Notes under the pieces: model-generated
Told to the model about the DNA's origin: nothing
Databases searched by the model: none
What the model saw: the letters and a program-made list of their open reading frames with translations, nothing else
Translations under genes and position numbers: made by a program
Part shown: in pieces, positions 39,700-52,545 of the stretch
Layout: every line of letters starts with the position of its first letter
Position numbering within the stretch: the first letter of the stretch is position 1
Assembly (NCBI GenBank): GCA_038087875.1
Contig: CM075977.1
Location: 1,674,001-1,738,000, forward strand
DNA: 64,000 bases
Origin: Malacoraja senta
Lineage: Eukaryota
Reading direction: 5' to 3'

Positions 39700-40895
39700 G
39701 GGGCAAAGCAGCCGGTGACAACAGGTCATGTGATGAATACAACCAATTCCAATATATGCCAGAATGGGGTATCACCAAACCGCCAGGGAACCTATGCAAG
39801 GATTTTGTTTGTGGATATTAGCTCTGCATTCAACACCATTGTGCCAAAGCTACTACGCTCCAAACTCTCCCAGCTGACTGTGCCTGAACCCCTCTGTCAG
39901 TGGATCATTAACTTCCTGTCAGACAGGAAGCAGCATGTGAGGCTGGGAAATCACATCTCGGACCCGCAGACCCTCAGCATAGGAGCACCGCAAAGCTGCG
40001 TACTCTCCCCTCTCCTTTACTCTCTCCACACCAACGACTGCACCTCCACAGGCTCTTCTGTCAAGCTTCTCAAGTTTGCGGACGACACAACCCTGATTGG
40101 ACTGATCCAGGATGGGGAGGAATCTGCCTACAGACAGGAAGTGACACCGCGGGCGTCCTGGTGCCATCGCAACAACCTGGAGCTCAATGTTCTTAAGACA
40201 GTGGAATTGATTGTAGACTTTAGGAGAGCTCCCTCTCTCCTCCCCCCCCACTCACCACCAACAACACCTCCATCATCTCCAGGGACCTTAAATGGGGGGC
40301 CACCATCGATTCTACAGTCAAAAAGGCCCAACAGAGGATGTACTTCCTGCAGCAGCTGAAAAAACACAATCTGCCACAGGCAATGATGGTCCAATTCTAA
40401 ACGGCCATCGTAGAGTCTGTCCTCTCCTTCTCCATCATGGTCTGGTTTGGTTCAGCCACCAAACACGACACCCGGAGGCTGCAGCGAATCGTCCGATCAG
40501 CTGAGAAGGTTGTTGGCTGCAACCTTCCCCCCATTGACGAACTGTACACTGCAAGGGCCAGGAAGAGAGCGGATAAGATCATCCCTGACCCCTCTCACCC
40601 TGGCCACCTTTGAAGCACTTCCCTCTGGAAGGCGACTCCGAACTGTCACAGCCAGACATAAAAACAGCTTTTTTCCACGAGCAGTATCTCTACTCAACAA
40701 CCAAAAGTCTGTAGCCTCCTTTTGTTCTGGTGTTTTATTTAATTCTTCACATGTTTAAATTATAATGTTTTATTTTTAATTGTCTACTGTATATCGTGTT
40801 GTTACTTGTGAGCAAAGCAGCAAGGCAAATTCCTTGTATGCATACATATTTGTAAAATGTAATAACATTTATTAATTTAAATTCAATTCAATTAG
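39700..40895 (+). mobile_element. Rex1/Babar-clade LINE, 5'-truncated RT
   Basis: YARILFVDISSAFNTI, GAPQSCVLSPLLY and KFADDT; AT-rich tail. Confidence 0.9.
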
Positions 40896-41275
40896 TTGCA
40901 TTTTTTCCTTGAAGCCCATACAAAAGCTAGATTCATCCAAATGTAAAATGCCAAATAAACTACCCTGACAACATCATAGATGGAATTACTTAATGATTCT
41001 TGACATCCACAGCATTGTGTAGTTGATGTTGAATTGAACATCTGTGAATCTACTGCTATGATTATCCAGTCAGAACAAAAAACTAGCATCTGCACATCTG
41101 TTTCCGGCTGCAAATATTCATAAGCTGGCCTGACTGTCACAACACATTCCTTCTGCCAGGCCTTCTGCGCACCGCTGAAGTAAGAAATTGATTCTCTACC
41201 TCAGTTTTCATCTCGTTTCTGTTGAAGAATGCATTTTTCATTTCCAGAGATACAACCTGTTAATATTCTACTTAC

Positions 41276-41347
41276 GGGAGGTCCGATGTCTCCCTGGGAA
41301 CCGGGACTTCCTGCAGCTCCAGGGGAACCAGGGACTCCTGGACTTCC
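41276..41347 (-). CDS. COL14A1: COL14A1 COL2 exon, 72 bp, GSPGVPGSPGAAGSPGSQGDIGPP
   Basis: CAG/GTAAGT, Gly-X-Y. Confidence 0.94.
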
Positions 41348-44300
41348 CTGTGAAGTCATTCAATGCAATGTTAATTCCACAGCACAGATGCACAAACTGC
41401 TCTAAGCATACTGACTGAGACAGATTTGGGACTTGAAAAGACCTCGCATCAAAATGTGCTGCCTCACAGGGGAAAGGAAACGAGCATTTAAATTTGCTAC
41501 GAGCAGGGAAACTGTAGGATTTTAGAGCAAACTCTGCCACAGGCTCCATTTGAACTCTCATTTTCCATTTAATCCATCATAAACTGAAAATATGGTAAAA
41601 TAATCCCAAAAATAAAAATGTTAAAATAAAACGAACCCTTTGTTTTACATTAATATTAAATATTGAAAAATACATTTTCTCATTAATAAATGGTGGTTGC
41701 ACTAAGCAACCACACAGCACTTTGTATTTGTGCTGTGTGGTGTGAATAATAGTGCGGAGGAGTCATTCAAGCCTGACAAGAAATATTTTTTAATAACCAG
41801 GGATTTAATTTGTGATTGTCAACCTGTATAACATATTGATAAAGGAGGTAGTGATTAAATTTACACATGTCTCCTCATACAGTGAACATACCACACAGAC
41901 ATTGGTGCTTTAAGCTCTTAGCATCCTTTTGAAAAAATGTCACGGAACTGACGGGGGGATGCAGTTGTTAATATTTATTATTTATAAATGTTCGTTGTCA
42001 GGTCTTGTCTGCATTATGTCTGCATTATTAACAATACATCTTTGGAATTGCAAGAGATCACAGAATAAGATTTCAGATCTGCAAATATATTACAAGTGAA
42101 TATCATGGATGAATATGAATAAGCATGAAAAACAACATAAAGACCAATAAACAGAGCATATAATATAAATAAACAAACACAAGCAAAGCCAACCTATAAA
42201 ACATGGAGGATTGCTTCCAAGTTCTTTGAACGAAACGACAAAGCTGTCTTCAATTAAAGCGGTTTTAAAAGAGTTGCGCAAATTGTACCTCCAGATCTTT
42301 TATAACGCCTGGAAAATGCAAATTGAAACCACAGCCATAAGTGCGACTGTAGTTCCTTCCCTTTCCTCAGCATCTATTGTGACAAAGTTACTGCATTTCC
42401 AAAAATGTTAGCATTGTTCACAAAGGTTAACTCTTGGAAGCTTCAGCTTCCAGTGACAACAGATAAAAATTAACTTTCTGTCATTTGCAGAATTAGGAAT
42501 CTGCTTTCTATTAACTTAGCTCAGAACGCAGATGAGATGAAATTTCAAAGGTGCCTTATATTTTTGTGAACCAACTATTTAGATTCACATTCAGAAGGGG
42601 CTTGGACATAGCAAATGCACCAACTTTAATGCAATAATGTAATAGGCTACTCAATACATCAGTCAGCTCTAACATCTTGCAGGGGAAGATTGATCAGCCC
42701 GTGTTAGCCTGGCAGAAAGGGTGCAAGTTTTGGTCAATTGTTCTGGGACAGGTTATTTGCAGGATCCATGCTATCTGCAGGAACAGCTAAGTTTGGTAAT
42801 TGGTTATCATTGCTGTAACTTAAATAGAGCCATCATTATTTTTAAATGGGACTGGCTGCCTTTGGCTGCCTGTCAAGGTTAATATAACGGAGTTTGCCTT
42901 CGGTCAGGATTATAGAGTGAAACAGCACGGAAACAGGCCCTTCAGCCAAACTCCACGTTGACCAAAAGACCCAAGCTATTCACGTTTTCCCATTTGCCCG
43001 TGTTTGACCCGTATCCATCCCTCTAAACTGTTCTTATCTGTGAACCTGCCAAATGTCTTTAAACATTGTTATTGCACCTGCCTCAACTACTTCCTTTGGC
43101 ATTTCATTCCATGTACATACCACTATCTGTATAAAAAATGTTGCCCCTTATTCCTATTAAACCTTTCCCGTCTCACTTTAAACCTATGGCCTCTAGATCT
43201 TGATTTGTTGGTTTATCTTCTCAATTTAGATTCTCAAAAAATACCTTGAGGTATTTCACTTATAATCTGCTTCTGAGTAACTGCAGAAAATATCTGGCTG
43301 ATTTTTAATTACAAATTTTAGTATAACAAAATTCTACGTACATTTTCTTCCCCTTTTTGCTCTTTGAAAGGTGGTGGAAGTAGATTCAATAGTAGCTTTT
43401 GCAGGGAACTACACATATACTAAAAAAACAAGCAGGTGCAGGGGTTTGGTAAAAAGGGAATATTAGGTGTGAGTGGAGAGCATTTTCAAATAGCTAGAAT
43501 AAGCCTGATGGGCTGACTGGCTTTCATCCTTGCTGTGTGATCCTGCAATGATAAAGGGTGGTAAATGCAACAAAAGATACGGGGGGAAATGAAGTCTACA
43601 TGTTTATTCTACTCTGTGAAAATATTTCAGTTGTAAATTAAATGGGCGAGCTCACAGGAAATTGTGTGTGGCTTTATTCACATCTTTTCTGATCCAGGAT
43701 GTTATGGTTTGAACAATGAAAGCATTTTTTAAAGGATGGTAGTTTATAGTATCACCTTGAGGAAAACATCAAAGCCCAATAGATTTACACAAATATTCAG
43801 TGTTGTTATTAAAGCACGCTGGTTGTGTCAAAACCAGATGAGTTGTTTTTTCAAAGAGATCCTCCATGCTCTGTTATTATATATACATTAAATGCAGAGG
43901 AAATTAAATTAGCTTCTTCACATAGTCACATTCAGCTGGGTAAAGCAGGGCATTAGACTGAGCAGGTCTTTAAACCAGCGTTAATGCTGAACAATGCTCA
44001 TTGTCAGTTTACTTGCCTCTCATTTCTACTCCTGGGCAACAAATATACTCTACATTTAATCTGTTGTCAGGAAATTAATTTTGGTTTGGGTTCCAGAAAG
44101 AAATATGGGGAATCTCCACTGTAACAAAAACATGAAGTGCAGGAAGCAATTATCATTCTCCATTGGCCAGTCTCTAAACTTCAGGGTGACACAAAAGACT
44201 GCTGATGTTGGAATCTGAAGCAGAAAAACAAACTGCTGGAGGAACTAGTCCAGAGGAAGAGTCGTGACCTGACACCTTGACTGTCCATTTCCCTCCACAG

Positions 44301-45589
44301 ATGTTGCCTGATCCACTGAGTTCCACCAGCAGCTTGTTTCTTTACACTCAACTGGAAGAGATGTGATTGTGTGATCAGGATTGCAAATGTAGAGCTCTGC
44401 ACCTCTTAACAGGTCTTTTGAACTTGTTTCCGTTTGTTCCACATTCCAGCATCTGCAGTCTTTTTTGTTTTCCTACTCACTGTGGGAGGTCAATTTGACC
44501 GTGAACACCAGTGTGAAATAGAATTTCAGCCGGTCAGCTTCCACTGACTTTACATTCTTTGAGTAATGCCATGTGATGCCAGGTGTGGAGGTACCAGGTT
44601 CAGAGATTACCTGTCAATGAACGGTGCCACTGTATTCCATTAGGAAGCATGTGGGGAAATACAAGTTCATGCATTAAGCCAAACAAGCAATGTTGGTAAA
44701 TAAAGGCCAAAATCAACTTTTAATCTGTATTAGAATGAGCAATAGGGGATCTGAAGCTGATAAATGAAGTAACATCCTACTTTGTGTATAACTGTCAAGT
44801 ACCATAATCGGACATGTTAGCAATTGCTTCATGTACAGTTGGTGTTATTTAGCCCAACCATTCTGTCGCCTTGCCAACTACAATTTATTTCCAAATTTTT
44901 AATATATTTTCTTCATGTATTTGCCAGATTTGGGTCGTCACCTCAACAGATTTTTGAGCAATTGTTTGTGAGCAATCTATGCGATTGTACATTCCTGCCC
45001 ATCACACTGATTATGCCATTCAGCTATGGAGTTGCTACTTTCAGATGTGGCACGGTGCTTGGTGGCCAAGGTCCATTCAAGGAAAGTAAAGTAGGAGATG
45101 CTGAGAAGGGTGTAAAAGAGACCACTCCTGCGGTAAATATTCAAGAAATGAGCTGAAGAAATGAGGGTTGCCGTTCCAGAGAATTACATACCCGGAATAA
45201 CAAGGGGGAGGAAAGCAGGAAACACCTCGAGTTTCAGATCTTTGGGATCTATAAAGATGAATTATGACATGAGTCTGGTCAATCTTACGTCTCAATTATT
45301 GGTCTAAGGTAGATAGACTGAATCCAGTAAACATCAAGGCAGAGTGAACATGGGTGCAGTTGGCCTGACCCATGAGTTTGGAAGCAGCACAGTTTCTTAC
45401 TAATTCAACTTTATTTTTCCATGAAATGCTAATGTAATAGATGCTGCGTCAAAGAATGACTAACAATAGCCAAACAATGCTAAACACTATTATTCTCTTA
45501 TTTCAGAGTGGACACTTTAGACAGCATCTCCAACAATGAATTTCCAAGAGAAAGAGTAAATTTTACTCAAATCAAGTAGTTTTGTCTCA

Positions 45590-46115
45590 TCCCCCAACCC
45601 TTCCAATTAAATTGTAGTCCTCCCATTTCTGTCCATTTTCCCATATCCCCCGTTATCCATTGCCATCCCCTTCCCCTTATGGTTCCATTACTTATTACCC
45701 ACACCTTTCACCCACCAAACCCCCCACCCTCATCTGGTTCCATCTTCACCTCTCCACTAAAGCTTCCCATTAGCACCTTGCTTAATGCATTCCTGCACTG
45801 GTAGCCCTTGTGTCCCCACTTGTCACCCACCAACCTTGTCTCCACTTTCACCCTACACTTCCCCCACTTGGCTCTATCTGCCTACTTGCTCCCACCTATA
45901 GCGTACCCTACTTCTATCTGCTAATGGCCACCTCCCCCCCCTGCCGGCCCCAATATCACCCACCCCCTCTCCTCTATATAGACTTTCCCCTTACCATTCT
46001 CAGGTCTTAATCCCAAACATCAACATTTCCTTTCCACCCTCAAGTGCAGCTCCAACCACTGAGTTTCTCCAGCAGTTTCTTTGCTCCAGATTTCAGTTTC
46101 TGCAGTCTCATGTAT
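45590..46115 (+). mobile_element. Old Penelope-derived copy with C/T-rich leader
   Basis: Degenerate family 3' end (ccactgagtttctccagc...tctgcagtc). Confidence 0.45.
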
Positions 46116-46878
46116 CCAACAAACAACGGATCAACTTTGTACAAACGTATTTTAAGACATATGGTTCTCAGGGAATATTTCTGAAGTGAGACCGGTGGAA
46201 TCTGTTTATTCATTGGTGAGTTATGTTCATCTCTGGCAGGGCCAGCATTTATTGCCCTTTGCTAATTGCCTGCTGAGCAGGTAGTGGCAAACTGGTGCAT
46301 TGAACTATTAGCGCTGGAACTAATACTAAGGCACCCTTTGAACAGGCATTGCATGAGCTCAGGAAAAGAGAACATGAACAGACAGGTCAGATATAATGAG
46401 GGTGGTAATAAAACCATGAAATGGATTGCCCAAAGAAACAGATGATGTGGGAAAGTTGAAGGATAATTAGAGCAAGTATTGATAGTGATGGACTACGAAG
46501 GGATATTGTTTTTTGAGACAAGATAGACCAATATTTATGGGGAGTCCTGGTATAATATTGGAAATAAATGAGTACAAGAATTTGTGGCGTACAAATAGCC
46601 ATGTCTACATTAAAGAGGTATGGCAGAATCTCAAGTGTTATCAGAACATTTCTCTGCTTATAAAAAACATATGCCTCAGTGTTGATTGCTTTTCATGATT
46701 TGAAATGAAAGTTAGTTCACCAGAAGCAGACACAATCTGAACAGTAGCAATCCCCAAGATAGATGACCTGGTACTAGATCAGATACAAAGTACTGTGTGG
46801 GACATACTGGTTGGAGAAGGTGCAGCCAATTCTGGGGATTTTTTGGTATCATTCCTTAGCTACACAAAACAAACTTAC

Positions 46879-46932
46879 CCTCCTACCTGGAAACCCAGAT
46901 GGCCCAAGAGGACCCTCCATACCTTTTCGACC
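46879..46932 (-). CDS. COL14A1: Additional 54-bp Gly-X-Y exon GRKGMEGPLGPSGFPGRR (candidate alternative or mutually exclusive exon)
   Basis: TTTTTCAG acceptor, GTAAGT donor, six perfect triplets, phase 0; 67-nt intron to the preceding exon. Confidence 0.82.
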
Positions 46933-46999
46933 CTGAAAAATGGACATTGTTAAATCTTTGTGTCTTACTACAGTATAGCAGACATGCAAATGTACTCAC

Positions 47000-47053
47000 C
47001 ATCGGCCCAGGTGAGCCTGGTAGCCCTGAAGGTCCATCTTTACCCACAGAACC
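47000..47053 (-). CDS. COL14A1: COL14A1 COL2 exon, 54 bp, GSVGKDGPSGLPGSPGPM
   Basis: CAG/GTGAGT; GKDG motif shared with collagens XII and XIV. Confidence 0.93.
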
Positions 47054-47654
47054 CTGGATCAAAAGTTGATTACACAAGTCATTGAGTGATTAAAACAAGA
47101 TAGGGTGTTCTTTTGCAAACATAAACTTGTGCACATAAATATGTTTGTACCAATCGCTTCAGTTGCAGCTAAAGTGGCTTGTGAAAACAATGACGTCATT
47201 TTATGCTGTAATGTTTGAAATGTGGCAGCCAGCTTCTGCCCAGTAACCCCACCCCCTCCCCCCATAGAATCAGTGTGATAAGGACCAGTTTGTCTCTTTG
47301 TAATGGTTGTTAGAGGGATAAATATTGGTCCCATGACATCATGCATTATACCTTTTTCTTTGAAATATTGCCTTGGGATAATTTACTCACACTTGGAAGG
47401 GAAGGTATTGTTTCAAATCTGATGAAAGATGGCACTTTCAATTTTGCAGCACTCCCTCTGGTTCTGTGGCGAGACTTGAACTCATTTATCAGGAATTCAA
47501 CTTCATGGTTGGCAATCCCCAGGGTACTTACTGTTTATTAAGTTTAACAGAGGGAGCATTTTGGGACCAAAAATCAAGGCCTCCATTTTCCAACCTTGCA
47601 TTCTTCATCAAGAGTGCAGATCTGTGTAACCTTTAGTGCCTAGCTTTCAACCTA

Positions 47655-47872
47655 TCATAGTCATAGAGCTTGGAAACAGGCCCTTCGACCCAACTTGCCA
47701 ACATCGGCCAACATGTCCCATCTACACTAATCCCACCTGCCTGTGTTTCGTCCATGTGCCTCTAAACCAATCCTATCCATGTACCTATTTAATTGTTTCT
47801 TAAACATTGCAAAAGTCCCTGCCTCAACTACCTCCTCTGGCAGCTCGTTCCTTATACCCACCACCCTTTGTG
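47655..47872 (-). mobile_element. CR1 3' fragment
   Basis: Same subfamily as 24625, 42910 and 56740. Confidence 0.75.
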
Positions 47873-48610
47873 TCACATTGCATTACATTACATTGTGTAA
47901 AGTTTCCAAAAGTTATCCATAGACATGAGCTGTAAGGCAATAATCTACTTAAATCTCGTCAGGTGGATGGATGCCAATCCCATCTTCACAAAAGTAACTG
48001 TATCTGAAGGCTAAGTGCTGTGAATCTTGAAGCAATGGCGGTGCTGATTGATATGGGACGTAGTGGAGATGGAGGCCAATTGAATTCTATGGAAGCCTGT
48101 CAGATCAAAATAGCCATCAAATTCAGTTGCCTAATCAATATTTTTTTTAAATCAGGAAAAATAAATGTTCATGGGATTCAATCAGGGAAGCATCAGTAAA
48201 GAACTACAACAATCAGCAATCAGTTTTATGCTCCATCCAAAGTTCTTTTCCAATCATGACCAAAGAATAAAGGGTAGCTGATTCACCATTGCCTATTTGA
48301 TGCTTCCTCCAAAGGAAATTAACCTCCTTAGTTCATAGTCCTCATGGAGAATAGTGTTCATTGGTTTCAATAGAGGGAATATTTTGGGATCTTCTAAATT
48401 ATGGATCCTAACTCTCAATGGTAAATTCCAGTCATGCAGGATGGAGATTCTTGAAGCTTCATGCTATTATAACCCGTCTACACACCTCCACCTCCTATCT
48501 CAGGTGTGTTCTAATGCTGACTCTTAAAGAGAAGTGGTCCTAAAGGAGCTTAACACAGCAAAACCCATCGTCAGCCTGAGAGCATTCCAAGTCTGTTTCT
48601 TAAACCTTAC

Positions 48611-48664
48611 CCTTTGACCTGGTGGCCCATCTCGTCCCGAGAGTCCTCGAGGACCCGACAGACC
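48611..48664 (-). CDS. COL14A1: COL14A1 COL2 exon, 54 bp, GLSGPRGLSGRDGPPGQR
   Basis: CAG/GTAAGG; GRDG.PGQR matches collagen XIV. Confidence 0.94.
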
Positions 48665-49251
48665 CTGGATAAAGAGAACAATTTGGAATTAGACAAAAAT
48701 AAAAATATTCCTGTCATTCTATTGTGCCCTTCGCACCCCTTAGGAATATTCCATGTAGCTTGACATCCAGAGAGGTATTTTTATTTTCCATCGAGCTGCT
48801 GCAGTAATGTAGGAAGCTCTTAGCCATTTGTGGAAGTTTGTCCTGCACAATGTACTATCAGCAAGACAATCTGCATTGGATTACGCGATAATTTGTAAAC
48901 TAGTACAGATGAGTTCCCTCTGCCCTGGTTGAAACTGAGCGATCAGTTGCCAGGGATTCTGCCTGCCAGCGCAGACAAAGCTTCAATTTAATGATTCAAT
49001 CCCAAGGTAGCACTTCCCGCAGTGCCCAGTCACTCAGTACCTCAGACAGCCATGCTATTTATTTGATCACTGGATGCGGACACATCTGGCAGTGCAAGTC
49101 GTTACAGTCCATCACTGACTGCTCTTGACAGAGCTATGAGACAATTGTCAACCACATTGGTGTGTCCAGCATATACCATGTTTCTGTTCTTAATTATTGC
49201 CCTGGAGACCAGTGCTTATTCAGAGATGAGGGAGGGATGCACTTTTTTCTA

Positions 49252-49372
49252 GTGTCTGAAGAAGGGTCTTGACCCGAAATGTTACCTATTCCTTTTCTGC
49301 CTGACCGGCTGAGTTACTCCAGCATTTTGTGTTTATCTTGGGTGTAAACCAGCATCTGCACTTCCTTCCTAA
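49252..49372 (+). mobile_element. Penelope-derived element with hammerhead core at 49256
   Basis: CTGAAGAAGGGTCTTGACCCGAAATGTTACC. Confidence 0.7.
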
Positions 49373-49767
49373 AACTTTTTTGATCCTCACTTGGATTCAG
49401 CAAGATTCTGGCTCCTGGATAGGTACAACCTAAGCCTACGGAATACTACCCACACAAAGCATCTACCAGCTGCGGTGCACTTTTAATAATAAATCTAAAG
49501 AACTCAAAGTGAAGAAAATACAACAGCTTAACAAGACTGGACAAGCAATATTTCCCATCTGCCTGAGCGTCGCCTGAAGCAATGGAACTCAACAATAACG
49601 GTTCCAATGCACTGTAATTCTTATTGCTGTCTTATCAAATTCTAGCAGAAAATCGCAAGTTTAAATCACAAATTTGCAAAAATATACGATGTAAAAGGGA
49701 GTAACAAATTCCTTGGAGTAATAACCATTTGAACTGCAGAATGATTCGCAGAATATTCAATTCCTAC

Positions 49768-49821
49768 CTGGTGACCACCGGGGCCACTCTGTCCTTTCTC
49801 ACCCTTTTCACCAGCGCTCCC
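49768..49821 (-). CDS. COL14A1: COL14A1 COL2 exon, 54 bp, GSAGEKGEKGQSGPGGHQ
   Basis: CAG/GTAGGA, phase 0, Gly-X-Y. Confidence 0.93.
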
Positions 49822-50931
49822 CTGTCGGAATTAAAATGACACAATTCAGACATCAACCCTCTGCTTTGTTCGCCGACATTGATGGGAGGATTTCCTCCCT
49901 TCATTGTGCTTAGTGAAGTTGTGAAAGTGATTACAAAGGGTGATTTATAGTTTCCATCTGTGCAGCAAAACTCAGTAATAACAACCAGCTCTAGTGGAAA
50001 GAGGCAAAGAAAAGAAATAATGTGGAGGAGATTAAGTTTATCCAAAACTGATGACTCCAGATTATCCTGCACCATCCACGCTACTGTAAGGAAGAGAATT
50101 CCCATGGTGTAAAGTGGAGCTGCTACAACCCCAATGTTATACGAGTTAAATTCACTGTGACCCTGATTCCCAGCTACCCCCTCCCAGAGACTAATCTCAT
50201 GTTCAATTAGAAAATTGGCCTCAAGTTAAGACTCTACATGTTTTAACATCTTTGAACTTGAAGGCTCCAAGTTGGTGCTGGAAATGTGGCGACACTTGTG
50301 TACTGCTTCAGTGTGATCTATTTTTACACTCTTATACATAAGTATGATTGTGCCTATGTATAGAAAAAAATGTACAGAACTGTATGCAAAAAAGTAATTT
50401 CACTGTACCCAAGTACATGTGACAATAAAGTACCATTGAACCATTGAATTAAACATGAGCGAAGCATTCAAAGCTTTCTCCCAGCAGTCCCCAGGTTACA
50501 ACAGGCTTCCGCTTCTGAGAACGTCATTGTTCCCTCTGGGACATAACTGCTCGTAACCCAAACTGGAAATGCAAGAGAGGATCACAGCTGTGACAGGAGA
50601 GCGAGCAGGTGCAGGAAGAGCGGCCGCCAGCCGGCCTCACTGACTCGTGAGTGAGTGAGTGAGTGTGTTCAACGACCCAGCCCCTCATTATTGGGGCTTG
50701 GGGTGGGGAGAGACGGCATTCGGAAATGCCCTGCTCCAACCTGGCAGAAGATGCCTGAAGCCCCGCAGTGACTGAAAAGTCCATCCCCATCCATCCCACC
50801 AGAGCCCCGAACGCTCGCTCGTATGTGCAGCGTTTCCATCAGTCAGACATTTGTAACTCAGAGGATCTGCAGTAATTTCCTGATAATTTCAGACAACGGT
50901 TAAAGCTCCCTGCAGGGAGTGAACAGCTCAC

Positions 50932-51027
50932 CGGTAGTCCTTGAATGGATTGTCCGCTCGGTCCCTGGGGTCCAGGCTGACCCTGCGGACCCGGCAGGCC
51001 GATCACTCCCCTCTGACCATCAGGTCC
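50932..51027 (-). CDS. COL14A1: COL14A1 COL2 exon, 96 bp, [32 protein letters not shown] (contains the COL2 imperfection)
   Basis: CAG/GTGAG boundaries; GPSG.SIQG.P interruption as in collagen XIV. Confidence 0.95.
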
Positions 51028-51189
51028 CTGTCAGCAAACAAACAGAGAGTAGCAGGCATCTCTTCACACGGAAGTGACGTTACAGAGTTGCTGAAGTTCA
51101 ACATGTAGGCAAACACATCACAACATGACACTGCTGCGACAAGAGCATAGACTGAGATCTGGATACAAAATCCCACTGTCATTTTACCA

Positions 51190-51800
51190 GTAATTTAGGG
51201 GAAGTGTGAGGTTGGGTGGGATTGGGGGAAGGAGGGAGACCAGGAGATGGGTGAGGTTGGTGGTATCGAGGGTTGGGATCAGGAGATGGGCAAGGTTAGT
51301 GATGTCGAGGAATAGGACTGAGAAGATGGGCAAGGTTGGTGGGATCAAGGGATGGGACCAGGAAATGGGGGGGATTGGTGGTACCAGGGGGAGGGATTGC
51401 GGGCGGGGCATTGGGTGAATAAAAGGAAGGGATCAGTGGAAGGATGTTGAGTGGCACCAGGGAAGGGGTGAAGTTAGTGGCATCGAAGGAAAGGCGGTTG
51501 GGTGGGATTGAGGGAGGGATGTTGGGTGGGAAAAGGAGAGGAATATTGGAAGTGAACTGGGGAAAGGTGTGGAGCATAACCGAGGGAGGGATGAGGTTGA
51601 TAAGATTGAGGGAAGAGTTGGTTGGATGGGATGGGAGGGGGGGGGATACGGGGTGGTTGGCAGTGATCGGGGGAGGTGTTAGATGGCATCGGGGAAGTGG
51701 TAAGGTTGAGAGATCAGGGGAGAGGCAACATTGTGTGGAATCAGGAAGGGAAGAAGTTGAGTGTGGTTGGGTGGGGTGGTTTGGTGGCACTAGGGGAATG
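51190..51800. repeat. G/purine-rich low-complexity tract
   Basis: Dense GGG/GGGA runs and degenerate GGTTGGTGGGATC-like units. Confidence 0.7.
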
Positions 51801-51972
51801 GCTGAAGTAAGATGTTGGAGAAACTGGGTCTTTCCCTTGTAGGTGGGATGTGGATCTGCAGCAATAAAACTATGTTCGCACTGAACTTGAAATGGTAATG
51901 ATTATGTTCAATAAAGTAAAAATAAATGCATTTCCTTGGTTAGTTTAATAAACGTGTGGTGGAAGCTCTTAC

Positions 51973-52026
51973 CCTTGGACCTTGTTCTCCTCTCACACCT
52001 CTTTGGCCTCGTAAACCCGCGTTACC
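51973..52026 (-). CDS. COL14A1: COL14A1 COL2 exon, 54 bp, GNAGLRGQRGVRGEQGPR
   Basis: Canonical 54-bp Gly-X-Y exon with CAG/GTAAG. Confidence 0.95.
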
Positions 52027-52314
52027 CTGTAGAACAGACATTCATGGAAGAGCACTGTGTTAAATGTGAATCACAAAGGGCAAGATCTAATCATTCAATC
52101 CAAATGTCAAACAGGGCCATTGTTCTCAGTTCCTGATGCAACTTCATGCACTTGATGGAGATGCTGCCTGACTATTTGGCTATTAGCATCCTCATTACTC
52201 TTACAAACTCTTGTTAACACCCTGCTCCCAGGTGGGTATCAAGGCACATCCCATCAGTGCTGAGACACCCAGCAGCTACAGAATACTGCTCCAAGGAAGT
52301 TACATTGTAATCAA

Positions 52315-52545
52315 GTTTAGTTTAGAAATGCAGCATGGACACAGACCCATCGGCCCACTGAGTCCACGCTAGCCATCCACATAGTTCTGTTATCCCACCT
52401 TCTCGCCCACTCTCTACACACTGGGGGCAATTTACCGTGGCCGTTTAGCCTACAACCATGCACATTCCATATAAACAGCACCCAAGGTCAGGATCGAACC
52501 TAGGTCCCTCGTGCTGTGAGGCAGCAGCTCTATTGGCTGCACCAG
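52315..52545 (-). mobile_element. HE1-like V-SINE with internal deletion
   Basis: Head and tail similar to the 39129 copy. Confidence 0.7.

Noticed and set aside
46883-47077. 64-aa ORF reading through the 67-nt intron
   Set aside because: Intron retention shifts the frame and destroys Gly-X-Y; the exon interpretation is better.
50480-50875. Possible old Tigger-like MITE (CAGTCCCCAGGTTAC ... GTAACTCAGAGGATCTG)
   Set aside because: The termini are too degenerate to support without a library search.
51296-51842. Pro-rich and Gly-rich ORFs on both strands
   Set aside because: Low-complexity G-rich intron DNA with no Gly-X-Y periodicity.
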